From NCBI GenBank assembly GCA_963678215.1, contig OY782758.1, positions 10,086 through 74,085 of the forward strand: a DNA stretch of 64,000 bases, in the 5' to 3' direction. The notes under the pieces are model-generated. The model was not told the origin of the DNA. It searched no databases and saw nothing but the letters and a program-made list of their open reading frames with translations. Within the stretch, counting starts at the first letter, position 1. Each line of letters starts with the position of its first letter. Below, piece after piece: positions 1 through 9,596 of this stretch. Both the position numbers and the translations under genes were made by a program. This stretch comes from Sedimenticolaceae bacterium (GTDB lineage: Bacteria; Pseudomonadota; Gammaproteobacteria; Chromatiales; Chromatiaceae).

Positions 1-350
1 GGTAGGACGGATTTGCGTGATACGGACGTCCAACAACCGAAGATGGCTGCCACGCCATGGTTGGAGACCAACTCACGCGTTTTTTCCGCGAATAAGGGCC
101 AGTTGGAGGCTGGATCAACCACCACAGGCTCCAGCTTTTTGCCCAGCAGGCCGCCTTTTTTATTTTGCTCCGCAATAAGCATCAACATGGTGTCTTTCAG
201 CGTCGTTTCAGAAATTGCCATGGTGCCGGACAGGGAATGCAGAATACCGACTTTGATGGTGTCAGTAGCCTGAACTGTGGTAGTGATTGTGACGGTTGAA
301 ATAACCGTCAGAACCAATGCCAATTTATCAATATGAGCTTTAAATTTCAC
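1..350 (-). CDS. urtA: UrtA/LivK-type ABC transporter periplasmic substrate-binding protein (N-terminal part; 3' end outside window)
   Basis: Minus-strand reading from GTG at 348-350, with AGGAG about 9 nt upstream. It gives a signal peptide [28 protein letters not shown] followed by [67 protein letters not shown]...[14 protein letters not shown]. The plus-strand ORF 13..273 is its shadow. Confidence 0.75.
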   Translation of the reverse strand, partial: MKFKAHIDKLALVLTVISTVTITTTVQATDTIKVGILHSLSGTMAISETTLKDTMLMLIAEQNKKGGLLGKKLEPVVVDPASNWPLFAEKTRELVSNHGVAAIFGCWTSVSRKSVL

Positions 351-707
351 AAGTGGACTCTCCTAAAGGGATATCGATAGATAGGTCGTCATGAGGCTGG
401 CGCATGCAATTTTGACGCCCTGCTGCTCGTGGTAGGCGTGAAACCGGTAGGGTTTAATTGGGTTATTGAACACCCTGTCAGTCTTATGGTCGCAGGTTTG
501 CGACGTATTAGTAAGCAGCATCCATGCCAATATGGATGCTGGTATTTGCGTTCAGCATATTGTACGGAGTGCGATGAGAGTCAGGCGCGGCTTAGAGAGT
601 ATCGTGCATCAAAATAAGGCGGATGGCCCTGCATAACGCACTAAAATCGCACAGTTATGTGTAAACCAATTGCCCCGCCTTTAGTTATCAATTAAGATAA
701 CCTACAT

Positions 708-1028
708 ATGAACTGGAAAATCACCTTCTACAATCAAAAAGTTAAAACAGAAACGCTGAATTTCCCTTCAGGTATTTTGGCTAATTTTTTGCACATTGGT
801 GAAATGATTGAAAAACTTGGCCCCAATCTGGGCAAGCCATACGTTGGTTATATTAGTTCAGGCCTCTATGAAATAAGGTCAAAAGGCAAAGAGGGTATTG
901 GTCGTTCTTTGTATTGCACAGTAAAAGAGCAAGAAGTCATCATTCTCCATTCATTTATCAAAAAAACACAAAAAACGCCGAAAAAAGCGCTTGATATTGC
1001 TAAAAGACGTATGAAAGAGGTTCAATAA
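708..1028 (+). CDS. Gp49-like (HigB-type, RelE/ParE superfamily) toxin
   Basis: 106 aa. It carries the family-typical segments GLYEIRSKGKEGIGRSLYC and VIILHSFIKKTQKTPKKALDIAKRRMKE. Its stop overlaps the start of the downstream HTH gene (ATAATG). Confidence 0.7.
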   Translation: MNWKITFYNQKVKTETLNFPSGILANFLHIGEMIEKLGPNLGKPYVGYISSGLYEIRSKGKEGIGRSLYCTVKEQEVIILHSFIKKTQKTPKKALDIAKRRMKEVQ

Positions 1029-1327
1029 TGAGTCGCCCTACTTTTTCAGATTTCAAACAGGAAGCCCTTGGAGAACTAGAAGTACGAGAAGAATATCTTG
1101 CATTAAGTGCAACTTATGATTTACGTAAAAAACTTATCGCACTACGTCAAAAAGCCGGGTTAACACAACAACAATTGGCCACTGTATTACACACTCAAAA
1201 AAGTAATATTTCCCGGCTTGAGAATGTTAATTCAGCAATATCGCCCAAGCTATCAACCATTGAGCAATATGCTCATGCGGTTGGTCATGAGGTGAAAATT
1301 GAATTTGTACCTAAAAATCACACATAA
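1028..1327 (+). CDS. XRE-family HTH antitoxin (HigA-like)
   Basis: 99 aa with the HTH segment LRQKAGLTQQQLATVLHTQKSNISRLEN. It is translationally coupled to the upstream toxin gene. Confidence 0.75.
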   Translation: MSRPTFSDFKQEALGELEVREEYLALSATYDLRKKLIALRQKAGLTQQQLATVLHTQKSNISRLENVNSAISPKLSTIEQYAHAVGHEVKIEFVPKNHT

Positions 1328-1371
1328 CACGGCGCTCCAGCGGACACCCAACACTCAGCCAGGCGTTAGCC
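1322..1371 (+). other. Degenerate attC-like recombination site (relic) closing a solitary higBA cassette
   Basis: CATAAC (1323-1328) overlaps the stop codon, followed by CTCCAGCGGACACCCAACACT and then GTTAGCC (1365-1371). The left arm CCAGCGGA(A/C)CCCCAACACT is nearly identical to the left arm of the attC at 36719-36833. The right arm appears to be deleted. Confidence 0.45.
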
Positions 1372-1469
1372 CACAAATACCCGATAGGATAAGACGTTTT
1401 GCGCAATCTTACTGGGAATGTAAAAGTGTAAAATCAACGAGGTAAAAAAACACCTTCAGGGGGAATCGC

Positions 1470-1997
1470 ATGAAAAATATAATGATGGTCTTGTTCTGCA
1501 CATGGTTTTTAATCGGCTCGGCGATGGCGGATGGCCATGGCGGGAAAGCACCAGCTCAGCTCACGAGTATGGATATGCGTCATATGGTTGAGCAAAGCAT
1601 CCAGCATTTCAAATTGGCGGAGGATGTGACCATTGATGATGCGATTGATTCCATGATGCTGCGTGCCAATGGTCTGAACTTTAAGCTAGTCGCCGATTTG
1701 CCTTTGTCAGAACAAGTGGAGGCGATGGGCGAGGAAGCCAACTATATGCGCATTCTGGCGTTTTGCGATGCGTTGATCGCCAAAAAAATGGTCGAATACA
1801 ATCTGATTTTTGCCGGTTTCTTACCCTGCCGCATTGCTGCACTTGAAGACAGTGATGGACAAGGCTGGTTAGTCACTATGAATATGGATATGATGCTGCA
1901 CGCGGTTGATTTGCCGGATGACCTCAAGCCATTGGCTCAACAAGTCCGTGACACTATTTACAGCATCATTGATGCTGGTGTGAATGGCGATTTGTAA
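1470..1997 (+). CDS. DUF302 domain protein with signal peptide
   Basis: 175 aa. N-terminal signal MKNIMMVLFCTWFLIGSAMA. DUF302-like core ILAFCDALIAKKMVEYNLIFAGFLPCRIAALEDSDGQGWLVTMN. Confidence 0.65.
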   Translation: MKNIMMVLFCTWFLIGSAMADGHGGKAPAQLTSMDMRHMVEQSIQHFKLAEDVTIDDAIDSMMLRANGLNFKLVADLPLSEQVEAMGEEANYMRILAFCDALIAKKMVEYNLIFAGFLPCRIAALEDSDGQGWLVTMNMDMMLHAVDLPDDLKPLAQQVRDTIYSIIDAGVNGDL

Positions 1998-2188
1998 ATC
2001 AATCCGTATTTATTGCGATAAAACAACTGGCCAGGCCTGTTAAGGAAGAGCCGTCCTGGATTTTTTCTATGGTTCTTTTTGCAGGTTCGCTAAGTCGCTG
2101 ATAAGCGGCATTGATTTAACGGGATGACGCTTATTTCAGATTTAGGATTGCTTAGCGGCTGCTCATACCAACATTACAGGTGGTTGAC

Positions 2189-2419
2189 ATGCCGGAGACT
2201 TTAGATCCGCTCTTGCTTAATCTGTTGTATACCTGCATGGGAGGCGCGCTGACGCTTTTGTTTATGTGGGTCGGGTGCAAAGTTTTCAGTCATATTGTGA
2301 ACTTCAGTATCCCGGTGAAGCTTGCAGAGGGAAACATGGCGGTTGGTTTGATGATTATGGGAATGTTTATCGGTATCGGCGTCGCTATGGGGCTGGTGAT
2401 CGGTATGGGTTTAAATTGA
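2189..2419 (+). CDS. Small membrane protein (DUF350-like)
   Basis: ATG at 2189 inside ORF 2180..2419. Two hydrophobic helices are present (GGALTLLFMWVGCKVF and AVGLMIMGMFIGIGVAMGLVIGMG). Confidence 0.5.
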   Translation: MPETLDPLLLNLLYTCMGGALTLLFMWVGCKVFSHIVNFSIPVKLAEGNMAVGLMIMGMFIGIGVAMGLVIGMGLN

Positions 2420-2425
2420 TTCATT

Positions 2426-2998
2426 ATGTGGCGATACGGCGGGTGGTTAATGGTATTACTGATACCAGCGTTGGTTTACGCTGGTACGGTAAAACATGTT
2501 AAGCATAAACATTGGACCAAGGAATATGACCACCACTTCCGTAAATACGCCAAGCACTATTTCGGTCCTCATGTTGATTGGCATTGGTTTAAAGCCCAGG
2601 CCATTGCCGAATCAGGCTTGAATCCCGATGCGATCAGTTCTGCTGGCGCAGTGGGCATCATGCAAATATTGCCAAGCACTTATCAGGATATTGCCAAGCA
2701 GAATCCCTTTTTAGCCGATATTAAGGAACCGCGTTGGAATATTGCCGCCGGCGTGTTTTATGACCGGTATCTGTATTTAAAATGGAAGCGTAAAAACAAT
2801 ATCCGCAATCAGGATCGTTTTAAATTCACTTTCGCCAGTTACAATGCGGGTTTTGGTGGGATATCGAAAGCTGTGAAGCGGGCTGAGCGTCGCCGTGGCA
2901 AGGTGGTGAATGATTGGGATCAGGTTGAGCCATTTGCGCCGAGAGAGACCCGTGGTTATGTTAAACGCATTGAGAAACTGATGCATCATGCGCGCTGA
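2426..2998 (+). CDS. Lytic transglycosylase (SLT domain)
   Basis: 190 aa with the SLT catalytic region AQAIAESGLNPDAISSAGAVGIMQILPSTYQDI and the downstream motif ASYNAGFGG. Confidence 0.8.
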   Translation: MWRYGGWLMVLLIPALVYAGTVKHVKHKHWTKEYDHHFRKYAKHYFGPHVDWHWFKAQAIAESGLNPDAISSAGAVGIMQILPSTYQDIAKQNPFLADIKEPRWNIAAGVFYDRYLYLKWKRKNNIRNQDRFKFTFASYNAGFGGISKAVKRAERRRGKVVNDWDQVEPFAPRETRGYVKRIEKLMHHAR

Positions 2999-3260
2999 TG
3001 CCCCACCGCTTGAAGCCGTCATCGAACTGTTCCAACAGGCTCCTCACTCAGCTCCGGCGCTTACGCTATACGCTTTGGTCAGTACGCTGGAGCTTCCCCA
3101 AAGCGGTTGTTTATTTAAATTGGATAAATTGCAGGATTTGGATCCTGCGCAGCGCCAATTAGCTTACCAGTTGATGGAAATGATGGTTGCTGGGGAAAAT
3201 CAAACGGAACAGTGGAAGACCGCCAAACGGCGGATGGATACATTGATACGCGCTGGTTGA
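2988..3260 (+). CDS. Hypothetical protein
   Basis: 90-aa ORF that overlaps the SLT gene stop by 11 nt on the same strand. No motif recognised. Confidence 0.35.
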   Translation: MRADAPPLEAVIELFQQAPHSAPALTLYALVSTLELPQSGCLFKLDKLQDLDPAQRQLAYQLMEMMVAGENQTEQWKTAKRRMDTLIRAG

Positions 3261-3402
3261 AGATGAGCGCATTGGGTAAATTTTCAAATAAATTCAGCCA
3301 TTGCGTCATAGTTTGTGAAGCCTTGCTGCATCGGGGCCTTAGCTGGAATTTATATCAACCCCATGATATTTTCAGCACATAATCTTTGCTATTCAGGCAG
3401 TC

Positions 3403-4563
3403 ATGAACAAGCTACTTTCCTTATTGCTGACTTTGTTATTCAGTTGGAATGCTGTTGCGAATAACGGACAAGTACAGGTAGAAGGAGCGCGCATCTGGCA
3501 GGCACCGGATCATACCCGGTTGGTTTTTGATATCAGCCGACCTGTTGACCATAATATTTTCAAGTTGAAGAAACCGGAGCGTCTGGTGATTGATTTCACC
3601 AATTGCGCCGTCACCCCCGGTTTCCAGGCAGATGATATCGCCAGCAAACACCTCAAAGGCATCCGCTATGCGTCACGCGCAGGCAATGATTTGCGCGTTG
3701 TGCTGGATCTGCGGCAAAGCATGCGCCCCAAAACTTTTGAGCTTAAGCCTAATGCGCATTATGGGCACCGATTGGTTGTCGATTTACATGATAACCCGTC
3801 AGGTCAACCGAAAATCGCTAAAAGTGTTAGTGACATAAAACATCGGCGTGATGTCGTGGTGGCGATTGACGCAGGGCATGGCGGAGAAGATCCGGGTGCT
3901 ATCGGCCCGACCACAGGTGCCAGAGAAAAGCGCATTACTTTGCAGATTGCGAAGCGCATTGAAAAATTAATCAATGCCCGGCCTGGCATGAGCGCGATAT
4001 TGACCCGTACTGGCGATTACTATGTCGGGCTGCGGAAGCGGATACAGATTGCGCGCAATCATAAAGCGGATTTATTCGTCTCAATTCATGCGGATGCTTT
4101 CCGGGATAAGTCGGTGCGGGGTGCTTCGGTTTATGTCTTGTCAAACCGGGGCGCATCCAGTGAAGCGGCGCGTTGGTTGGCCGAACGGGAAAACGCGGCG
4201 GATTTGGTGGGTGGAGTCAGTTTGGATGATAAAGACGATATGTTAGCGTCCGTGCTATTGGATTTATCTCAGGCCGCGACTCAAGAGGCCAGCTTGTCTG
4301 CGGCTGATCAGGTGTATCGCCATTTACGTAAAATCGGCAAAGTGCATGGTCGGCAACGTGTGCAGCGGGCTGGATTTCTGGTGCTTAAATCGCCGGATAT
4401 TCCATCTTTGCTGATTGAGACCGGGTTTATTTCAAACCCGACTGAAGAGCGAAAATTGCGTACCCCGCAATATCAGCAAAAGATGGCGGCGGCGATTCTG
4501 CAAGGCATAGAGCGATATTTCCGGGAGGCCCCGCCACCTGATACCTTGTTGGCGGAACGTTGA
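3403..4563 (+). CDS. N-acetylmuramoyl-L-alanine amidase (AMIN domain + amidase_3; AmiB/AmiC-like)
   Basis: 386 aa. Signal peptide MNKLLSLLLTLLFSWNAVA, AMIN-like N-terminal region (RLVFDISRPV...LVIDF), and amidase core VVVAIDAGHGGEDPGAIG...DLFVSIHADA...LIETGFISNPTEE. Confidence 0.85.
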   Translation: MNKLLSLLLTLLFSWNAVANNGQVQVEGARIWQAPDHTRLVFDISRPVDHNIFKLKKPERLVIDFTNCAVTPGFQADDIASKHLKGIRYASRAGNDLRVVLDLRQSMRPKTFELKPNAHYGHRLVVDLHDNPSGQPKIAKSVSDIKHRRDVVVAIDAGHGGEDPGAIGPTTGAREKRITLQIAKRIEKLINARPGMSAILTRTGDYYVGLRKRIQIARNHKADLFVSIHADAFRDKSVRGASVYVLSNRGASSEAARWLAERENAADLVGGVSLDDKDDMLASVLLDLSQAATQEASLSAADQVYRHLRKIGKVHGRQRVQRAGFLVLKSPDIPSLLIETGFISNPTEERKLRTPQYQQKMAAAILQGIERYFREAPPPDTLLAER

Positions 4564-4579
4564 TGTTTGCTCATCGGGG

Positions 4580-5347
4580 TCAGGGGTGGTGATCAAGGGC
4601 TGGCGGTTTTTGTCTTGTCCTGCCTTCCTGTTTCCCGGTTCTGGCGATTGCCCAGATTGCAATATATTTCACTCCGGCGCGGCGTAAGCAACTTGCCGCT
4701 GCGCGTGCTGTCGCACCAGTTGTCATCACATCATCAATCAAGGCTATCCGCTCGGGGATGTGTGTATAAGCGGGTTTGATCTGGAAAGCCTGTTGCACTT
4801 GTCGCTGTCGTTGTTTCCGATTCGCACTCCGTTGATCCGGGCCGGGTTGAACACGCAACAGCAAATCCATGTAGGCAGGAATCCGTGTGCGGCGATTCAC
4901 CCAATAAGCCAACTCCGCCGCTTGATTAAAGCCGCGGTGTTTGAGCCGACTGGGATGCAAGGGAATCGGCACCAGCGCATCAACGGTGGCTGCGCACTCA
5001 ACAATGTGCTGGGCTAAATAGCCCCCTAATAGCCGCCCCATGGATAAGTGATGTTGATATTTGAAGCGGCTGATCATCTCGTCAATGGGTGGCGCATAAC
5101 GGAATGGTGCTATGGCCTCATCAAACGCGGGTGGATCAACCAAACACTCGCCGCAAAGTGGGTTGGCGATATCTACATCCGCCAATGGCAAGGCGCAACG
5201 TTTGCAGGCCTGATCCAGGTGAGGTAAGTCTGCTTCGCAGATCTCACATAATGCCTCTTCCGTTGGTTTGTCACATAACGCGCAATAGGTTGGGCATATC
5301 GCGTTCTGTATAGTTTTTAGCCAATTGTTGACTTTATTGATATTCAT
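4580..5347 (-). CDS. comF: ComF family protein (phosphoribosyltransferase-like)
   Basis: 255 aa. N-terminal Cys clusters (CALCDK...CEICEADL...CKRC...CGEC) and the C-terminal PRTase motif IALIDDVMTTGATA. Confidence 0.8.
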   Translation of the reverse strand: MNINKVNNWLKTIQNAICPTYCALCDKPTEEALCEICEADLPHLDQACKRCALPLADVDIANPLCGECLVDPPAFDEAIAPFRYAPPIDEMISRFKYQHHLSMGRLLGGYLAQHIVECAATVDALVPIPLHPSRLKHRGFNQAAELAYWVNRRTRIPAYMDLLLRVQPGPDQRSANRKQRQRQVQQAFQIKPAYTHIPERIALIDDVMTTGATARAAASCLRRAGVKYIAIWAIARTGKQEGRTRQKPPALDHHP

Positions 5348-5410
5348 TGGTTGACAGGTGATAAACCACCCTTGAAGATAATGCGCTCTTGCAACAGGAT
5401 AAAAAGATCC

Positions 5411-5842
5411 ATGATGAGCGACTCAACTGAATCAGATATTTCCCAACCTCGTATTGTGTCCGCCAAATCAGCGCGTTTCGCTGCTATGCAGATGGATTTG
5501 GGCAACATGATCAGTATATTGCTGCCACCATTACCTGTACTTTGGTTTGGTGTTTCCATGTTGATTTACGCTTTGCATCGACATCACCCGGATGAAAAGG
5601 TGGGACGTTATACCCAGTGGGCCGCTTATCGTTTTTACGGCGTTATGGGACTGATTATCCCGGTTGGCACCTTCTTTCCCGGTAATGGCGTGATGCCCTG
5701 GTTGATCGCCTGGGGATTGGGGATCGTCATTATCGTGCCTTGGTCGATATGGTCCATCTTATCCATTTATCGGGATGTCTGGCAGGATATTGAACTGCCC
5801 ACAGAACAAACCACGCCATCGGGAGAATTCAGCAATGCCTGA
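5411..5842 (+). CDS. Hypothetical integral membrane protein
   Basis: Uses the internal ATG at 5411 of ORF 5351..5842. Several hydrophobic helices are present ([54 protein letters not shown]). Its last 8 nt (stop codon included) overlap the 5' end of bioB. Confidence 0.4.
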   Translation: MMSDSTESDISQPRIVSAKSARFAAMQMDLGNMISILLPPLPVLWFGVSMLIYALHRHHPDEKVGRYTQWAAYRFYGVMGLIIPVGTFFPGNGVMPWLIAWGLGIVIIVPWSIWSILSIYRDVWQDIELPTEQTTPSGEFSNA

Positions 5843-6824
5843 CGCTAACTTACGCCATGATTGGTCCCTGACTGAGATAGAAGAGTTGTTTGCCTTGCCT
5901 TTCAACGATTTACTGTATCGGGCGCAAACTGTGCATCGGGAGCATTTTGATCCCAATCAGATTCAAGTCAGCACCTTATTATCCATCAAAACCGGTGCCT
6001 GCCCGGAAGATTGTGGTTATTGCTCACAAAGCGCCAAACATCATACGGATTTGGAGCGCGAAAAGCTGTTGCCTCTGGATGAGGTTCTGGCAGCCGCTCA
6101 GCAAGCGAAAAATAAGGGTGCGACCCGTTTTTGCATGGGAGCTGCCTGGCGTAACCCCACGGACAAAAACCTCGACAAAGTGATTGATATGGTAGTCGCC
6201 GTGCGAGGTTTGGGCTTACAGACCTGCGTCACTTTGGGCATGTTGAACAAACCGCAAGCGCAGCGTTTGCGGGATGCCGGACTCGACTATTACAACCACA
6301 ATCTGGATACTTCGCCTGAGTTTTACGGCAATGTCATTGGCACGCGCACGTTTGATGATCGCCTGGAAACTTTGCAACATGTGCGCGATGCTGGCATCAA
6401 TGTTTGTTCAGGTGGCATTTTAGGCATGGGGGAAAAGCCGCGTGATCGCGCACGTCTACTACAGGAATTGGCGAATATGCCTGCACACCCTGAATCTGTG
6501 CCGATCAATTTGCTGGTGCAGATTGAAGGCACGCCGCTGTATGGCGCGGATAAACTGGATCCGTTGGAATTTGTGCGCACCATCGCTGTGACCCGCCTGC
6601 TCATGCCAAAAAGTTATGTGCGCTTATCCGCCGGGCGCACTGAGATGAGTGATGAATTGCAGGCTTTGTGTTTTATGGCTGGGGCGAATTCGATGTTCTA
6701 TGGTGAACGTTTATTAACCACTGACAATCCTGAAGCAGATCGAGACCAGCAACTTCTTGATCGGCTTGGCATCCACATGGAATCCAGCGGAGATGATCAT
6801 TCGCCAGTCTGCTGTGCGGCCTGA
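5835..6824 (+). CDS. bioB: Biotin synthase
   Basis: Start at ATG 5835 ([19 protein letters not shown]). Radical-SAM motif [11 protein letters not shown]. Downstream YNHNLDTS and GGILGMGE. Confidence 0.95.
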   Translation: MPDANLRHDWSLTEIEELFALPFNDLLYRAQTVHREHFDPNQIQVSTLLSIKTGACPEDCGYCSQSAKHHTDLEREKLLPLDEVLAAAQQAKNKGATRFCMGAAWRNPTDKNLDKVIDMVVAVRGLGLQTCVTLGMLNKPQAQRLRDAGLDYYNHNLDTSPEFYGNVIGTRTFDDRLETLQHVRDAGINVCSGGILGMGEKPRDRARLLQELANMPAHPESVPINLLVQIEGTPLYGADKLDPLEFVRTIAVTRLLMPKSYVRLSAGRTEMSDELQALCFMAGANSMFYGERLLTTDNPEADRDQQLLDRLGIHMESSGDDHSPVCCAA

Positions 6825-7978
6825 TGCCGATGGATTGGCATGGGCGGTTGGCGGAGCGCCGCGCCGCTGGACTTTACCGGCGACGCCGCACTGTATCTGA
6901 CGGCCAATCCGTCAGCCAGATTGTGGATGGACGGCGGTTGCTCACGTTTTGCAGCAATGACTATCTGGGTCTGTCTGCTGACCCGCGTTTGTCAGAAACG
7001 TTTCGCCAGGCCGCCAAACGCTATGGCGTTGGTAGTGGCGCAGCGCATTTGATTAATGGTCACAGTGTTGCGCATCATGCTTTAGAAGAGGCATTGGCTG
7101 ATTTTGTCGGTGCCGAGCGGGCCTTGTTGTTTTCCACCGGTTATATGGCGAATCTGGGCGTGCTTAGCGCCTTGCTCAAAGCGGGCGATACGGTGATTCA
7201 GGACAAGTTGAATCATGCCTCATTAATTGATGGTGCGCGTCTCAGCCAGGCCCGTTTAAAACGTTATCGGCATAATGATATGGCATCCTTGCAAAGGGCG
7301 TTGCGAAATGCGACTGGCGACATGCTCATTGCCAGCGATGGCGTATTCAGCATGGATGGCGACGTGGCACCGATCAGACAACTGCAAGACTTGGCCGAAC
7401 AAAACGATGCTCTGCTGATGATTGATGATGCGCATGGTTTTGGTGTATTGGGCGAACAGGGTCGGGGCAGCGTGAATGCCGCCGCCGCGCAGACGCCCAT
7501 CTATATGGCTACGCTGGGTAAAGCGATTGGCGTCGCGGGAGCTTTCGTTGCCGGTTCAGCGGATTTGATCGAAATACTGATTCAGGATGCGCGCAGCTAT
7601 GTTTATACGACGGCCATGCCTGCCGCGCTGGCGGAAGCAAGCTGTGCCAGCTTAAGCATCCTCAAACAAGAACAATGGCGACGTGATCATCTACAAGATT
7701 TGATCCAATATTTTCGCCAGGAAGCGGCTCGATTGGCATTAACGATAATGCCTTCCTCAACGCCTATTCAGCCGGTGTTGTTGGGCGAGGCTGAAACGGC
7801 TTTGGCCTGGAGCCAGGCACTCGAACAACAAGGTATTCTGGTGACGGCGATACGTCCGCCCACGGTGCCCAAAGGGCAAGCCCGCTTACGTATTACTTTC
7901 TCTGCCAACCATCAAACACATCATGTTGAACGCCTGTTGGCAGCTTTGGCGAATTGTCAGAAAACCTTGAGTCTCTGA
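6824..7978 (+). CDS. bioF: 8-amino-7-oxononanoate synthase
   Basis: 384 aa overlapping the bioB stop. PLP-dependent class-II aminotransferase features are present: FCSNDYLGL, DGVFSMDGD, DDAHGFGVLG and the lysine region TLGKA. Confidence 0.9.
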   Translation: MPMDWHGRLAERRAAGLYRRRRTVSDGQSVSQIVDGRRLLTFCSNDYLGLSADPRLSETFRQAAKRYGVGSGAAHLINGHSVAHHALEEALADFVGAERALLFSTGYMANLGVLSALLKAGDTVIQDKLNHASLIDGARLSQARLKRYRHNDMASLQRALRNATGDMLIASDGVFSMDGDVAPIRQLQDLAEQNDALLMIDDAHGFGVLGEQGRGSVNAAAAQTPIYMATLGKAIGVAGAFVAGSADLIEILIQDARSYVYTTAMPAALAEASCASLSILKQEQWRRDHLQDLIQYFRQEAARLALTIMPSSTPIQPVLLGEAETALAWSQALEQQGILVTAIRPPTVPKGQARLRITFSANHQTHHVERLLAALANCQKTLSL

Positions 7979-8163
7979 GATGTCTGGAAGGCACCGATGT
8001 GGCGCGATTCACTCAAAAACCGGGAAACTTTTGTGCTGATGACTTATGTACGCTTGGTTTCCCCCACCTTATTTGCCGCATAATAGGGGTTACAGTATTT
8101 TGTATCTTTAACTTGATGCCGATTAAAAGCGTCAATTTTAGTTTGGCAGACATAGAGGACTAA

Positions 8164-8946
8164 ATGTTAAAAGCCGGTATATTTTTAGATATGGAAAACC
8201 TGACGATCAATGGTGGTTGGGGGATGCGACTGGATGTCATCAAGGAGCTTGTCGAAGCGCAGAGTACGGTAGTGCTGCGCGCCAATGCTTATATGGCTGT
8301 GGATTCGGATCGGGAGAAATTCGATCTCGAATATCGGGATAAAGCGCGTAAATATCGCCAGCGCATCCGTGAATCGGGTTTTCATATTGTGGAAAAGGAA
8401 GTTAAGCGATATCGCAATGAAGATGGCTCCGAAACTGTCAAAGCCAATGCGGATCTGGATATGGCCGTTGACGCCATACTGCAAGCGGAAAATCTGGATT
8501 ACATTATGTTAGGCAGCGGGGATGGTGATTTCCTACGTTTGATCCGTGCTTTGCAAAGTAAAGGCAAACGGGTGGATGCCTTGGCGTTCCATAATGTCAG
8601 CAATGAGTTGAGACGGGAAGTGGACTATTACTTCCCGGGTTTGCTGGTTCCTGAAGTATTACCGATTAAGGATGATCTTGATCGCACCCGCTATCGGGGC
8701 GTTCTGGAGGCAGTGAAAGAGCGTGAAGGTTTTGGCTTCATCTCCATTCGTACAGGCTATAAGGTGACTGATATCGAATCAGGCATTTTTTGCCACATCT
8801 CTCAAGTGACTGAGCATGGTCTGCCTGTACGTAATGAACGCTTCTCTGAGTTGGAGAAACGCAGCGTGGCACTGGAGCTTAATCGGGTTGAATCGGAGCG
8901 TGGCATCCAGGCTGAGAATGTTGTGGTTTATACGGGCAATTCCTGA
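8164..8946 (+). CDS. NYN (LabA-like) nuclease domain protein with C-terminal cold-shock-like domain
   Basis: 260 aa. NYN motifs GIFLDMENL, NADLDMAVD and LGSGDGDF. The C-terminal GVLEAVKEREGFGFISI...GIFCHISQV resembles a CSD/S1-like fold. Confidence 0.7.
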   Translation: MLKAGIFLDMENLTINGGWGMRLDVIKELVEAQSTVVLRANAYMAVDSDREKFDLEYRDKARKYRQRIRESGFHIVEKEVKRYRNEDGSETVKANADLDMAVDAILQAENLDYIMLGSGDGDFLRLIRALQSKGKRVDALAFHNVSNELRREVDYYFPGLLVPEVLPIKDDLDRTRYRGVLEAVKEREGFGFISIRTGYKVTDIESGIFCHISQVTEHGLPVRNERFSELEKRSVALELNRVESERGIQAENVVVYTGNS

Positions 8947-9044
8947 TGGCCGATCCTGGCGCTGAATGACATATCAAGCGCGGAAAAACGGCGTTGTTTG
9001 ATTGCGTCATTCCCGCGTGGGTGGGAACCCAAAGATGTCAGCAA

Positions 9045-9476
9045 TCAGTGGCTGTCGATGGGTTGATAGCCTGTTGGCTTTGAGCCGGTCAAATCCCAGG
9101 AAAAAGTGCAATCCAGCTCAGACAATACCGCAACCAAGCCACCTTCGCCGTCTTCCAGAATGATTGACAATGGCGTCCGGCGTCCGAAGCGGCGATGCAT
9201 CTGTTTAATCCAACGACTGCTCATTTTCGGGTTAAGCGGGTAAGTGGTGCGTAATGCATCGGCGATGCGGAGCAAATAGCCTGCGCGCCTCAACGTATCC
9301 GGGGCATCCGGGAAGGTCTCTTCGCCTTCGCGGAATTTATGGAAAGCGCGCGCCCGGCAATTCGCCGGCAAACATAAAATCGTTTGCATTTCCTTAACGC
9401 TCAGCTCCCAGGCATCGAGCAGTTTCATGACTGCCAAGGTGATGTCTGTCAAGGCCAACTGTTTGTCATCGCTCAT
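9045..9476 (-). CDS. DUF2384 (Xre/MbcA/ParS-type) antitoxin-like protein, orphan
   Basis: 143 aa with the C-terminal segment SSRWIKQMHRRFGRRTPLSIILEDGEGGLVAVLSELD, typical of the toxin-binding domain of RES-toxin antitoxins. No RES ORF lies downstream. Confidence 0.6.
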   Translation of the reverse strand: MSDDKQLALTDITLAVMKLLDAWELSVKEMQTILCLPANCRARAFHKFREGEETFPDAPDTLRRAGYLLRIADALRTTYPLNPKMSSRWIKQMHRRFGRRTPLSIILEDGEGGLVAVLSELDCTFSWDLTGSKPTGYQPIDSH

Positions 9477-9596
9477 TCTAGATTACCTTGTGAGCTCCCT
9501 AACTGGGCGTTAAACGGGGCTGCACGTTTGACTTGATTGGCTGGGATTATAGCAATGGCGTCAGTGTTGCTTCGCTGGGAAAAACGGGGTTTCTTT

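Noticed and set aside
13-617. Plus-strand ORFs 13..273 and 429..617
   Set aside because: The first is antisense to the UrtA-like gene. The second lies in the urtA upstream region, has no RBS or motif, and has an odd Cys/Trp-rich composition.
632-660. CATAAC-N16-GTTATGT mini-palindrome upstream of the solitary higBA pair, considered as a complete attC
   Set aside because: It is only about 29 bp with no inner L''/L' arms, which is too short for a functional attC. It is kept only as a possible junction scar in the higBA finding.
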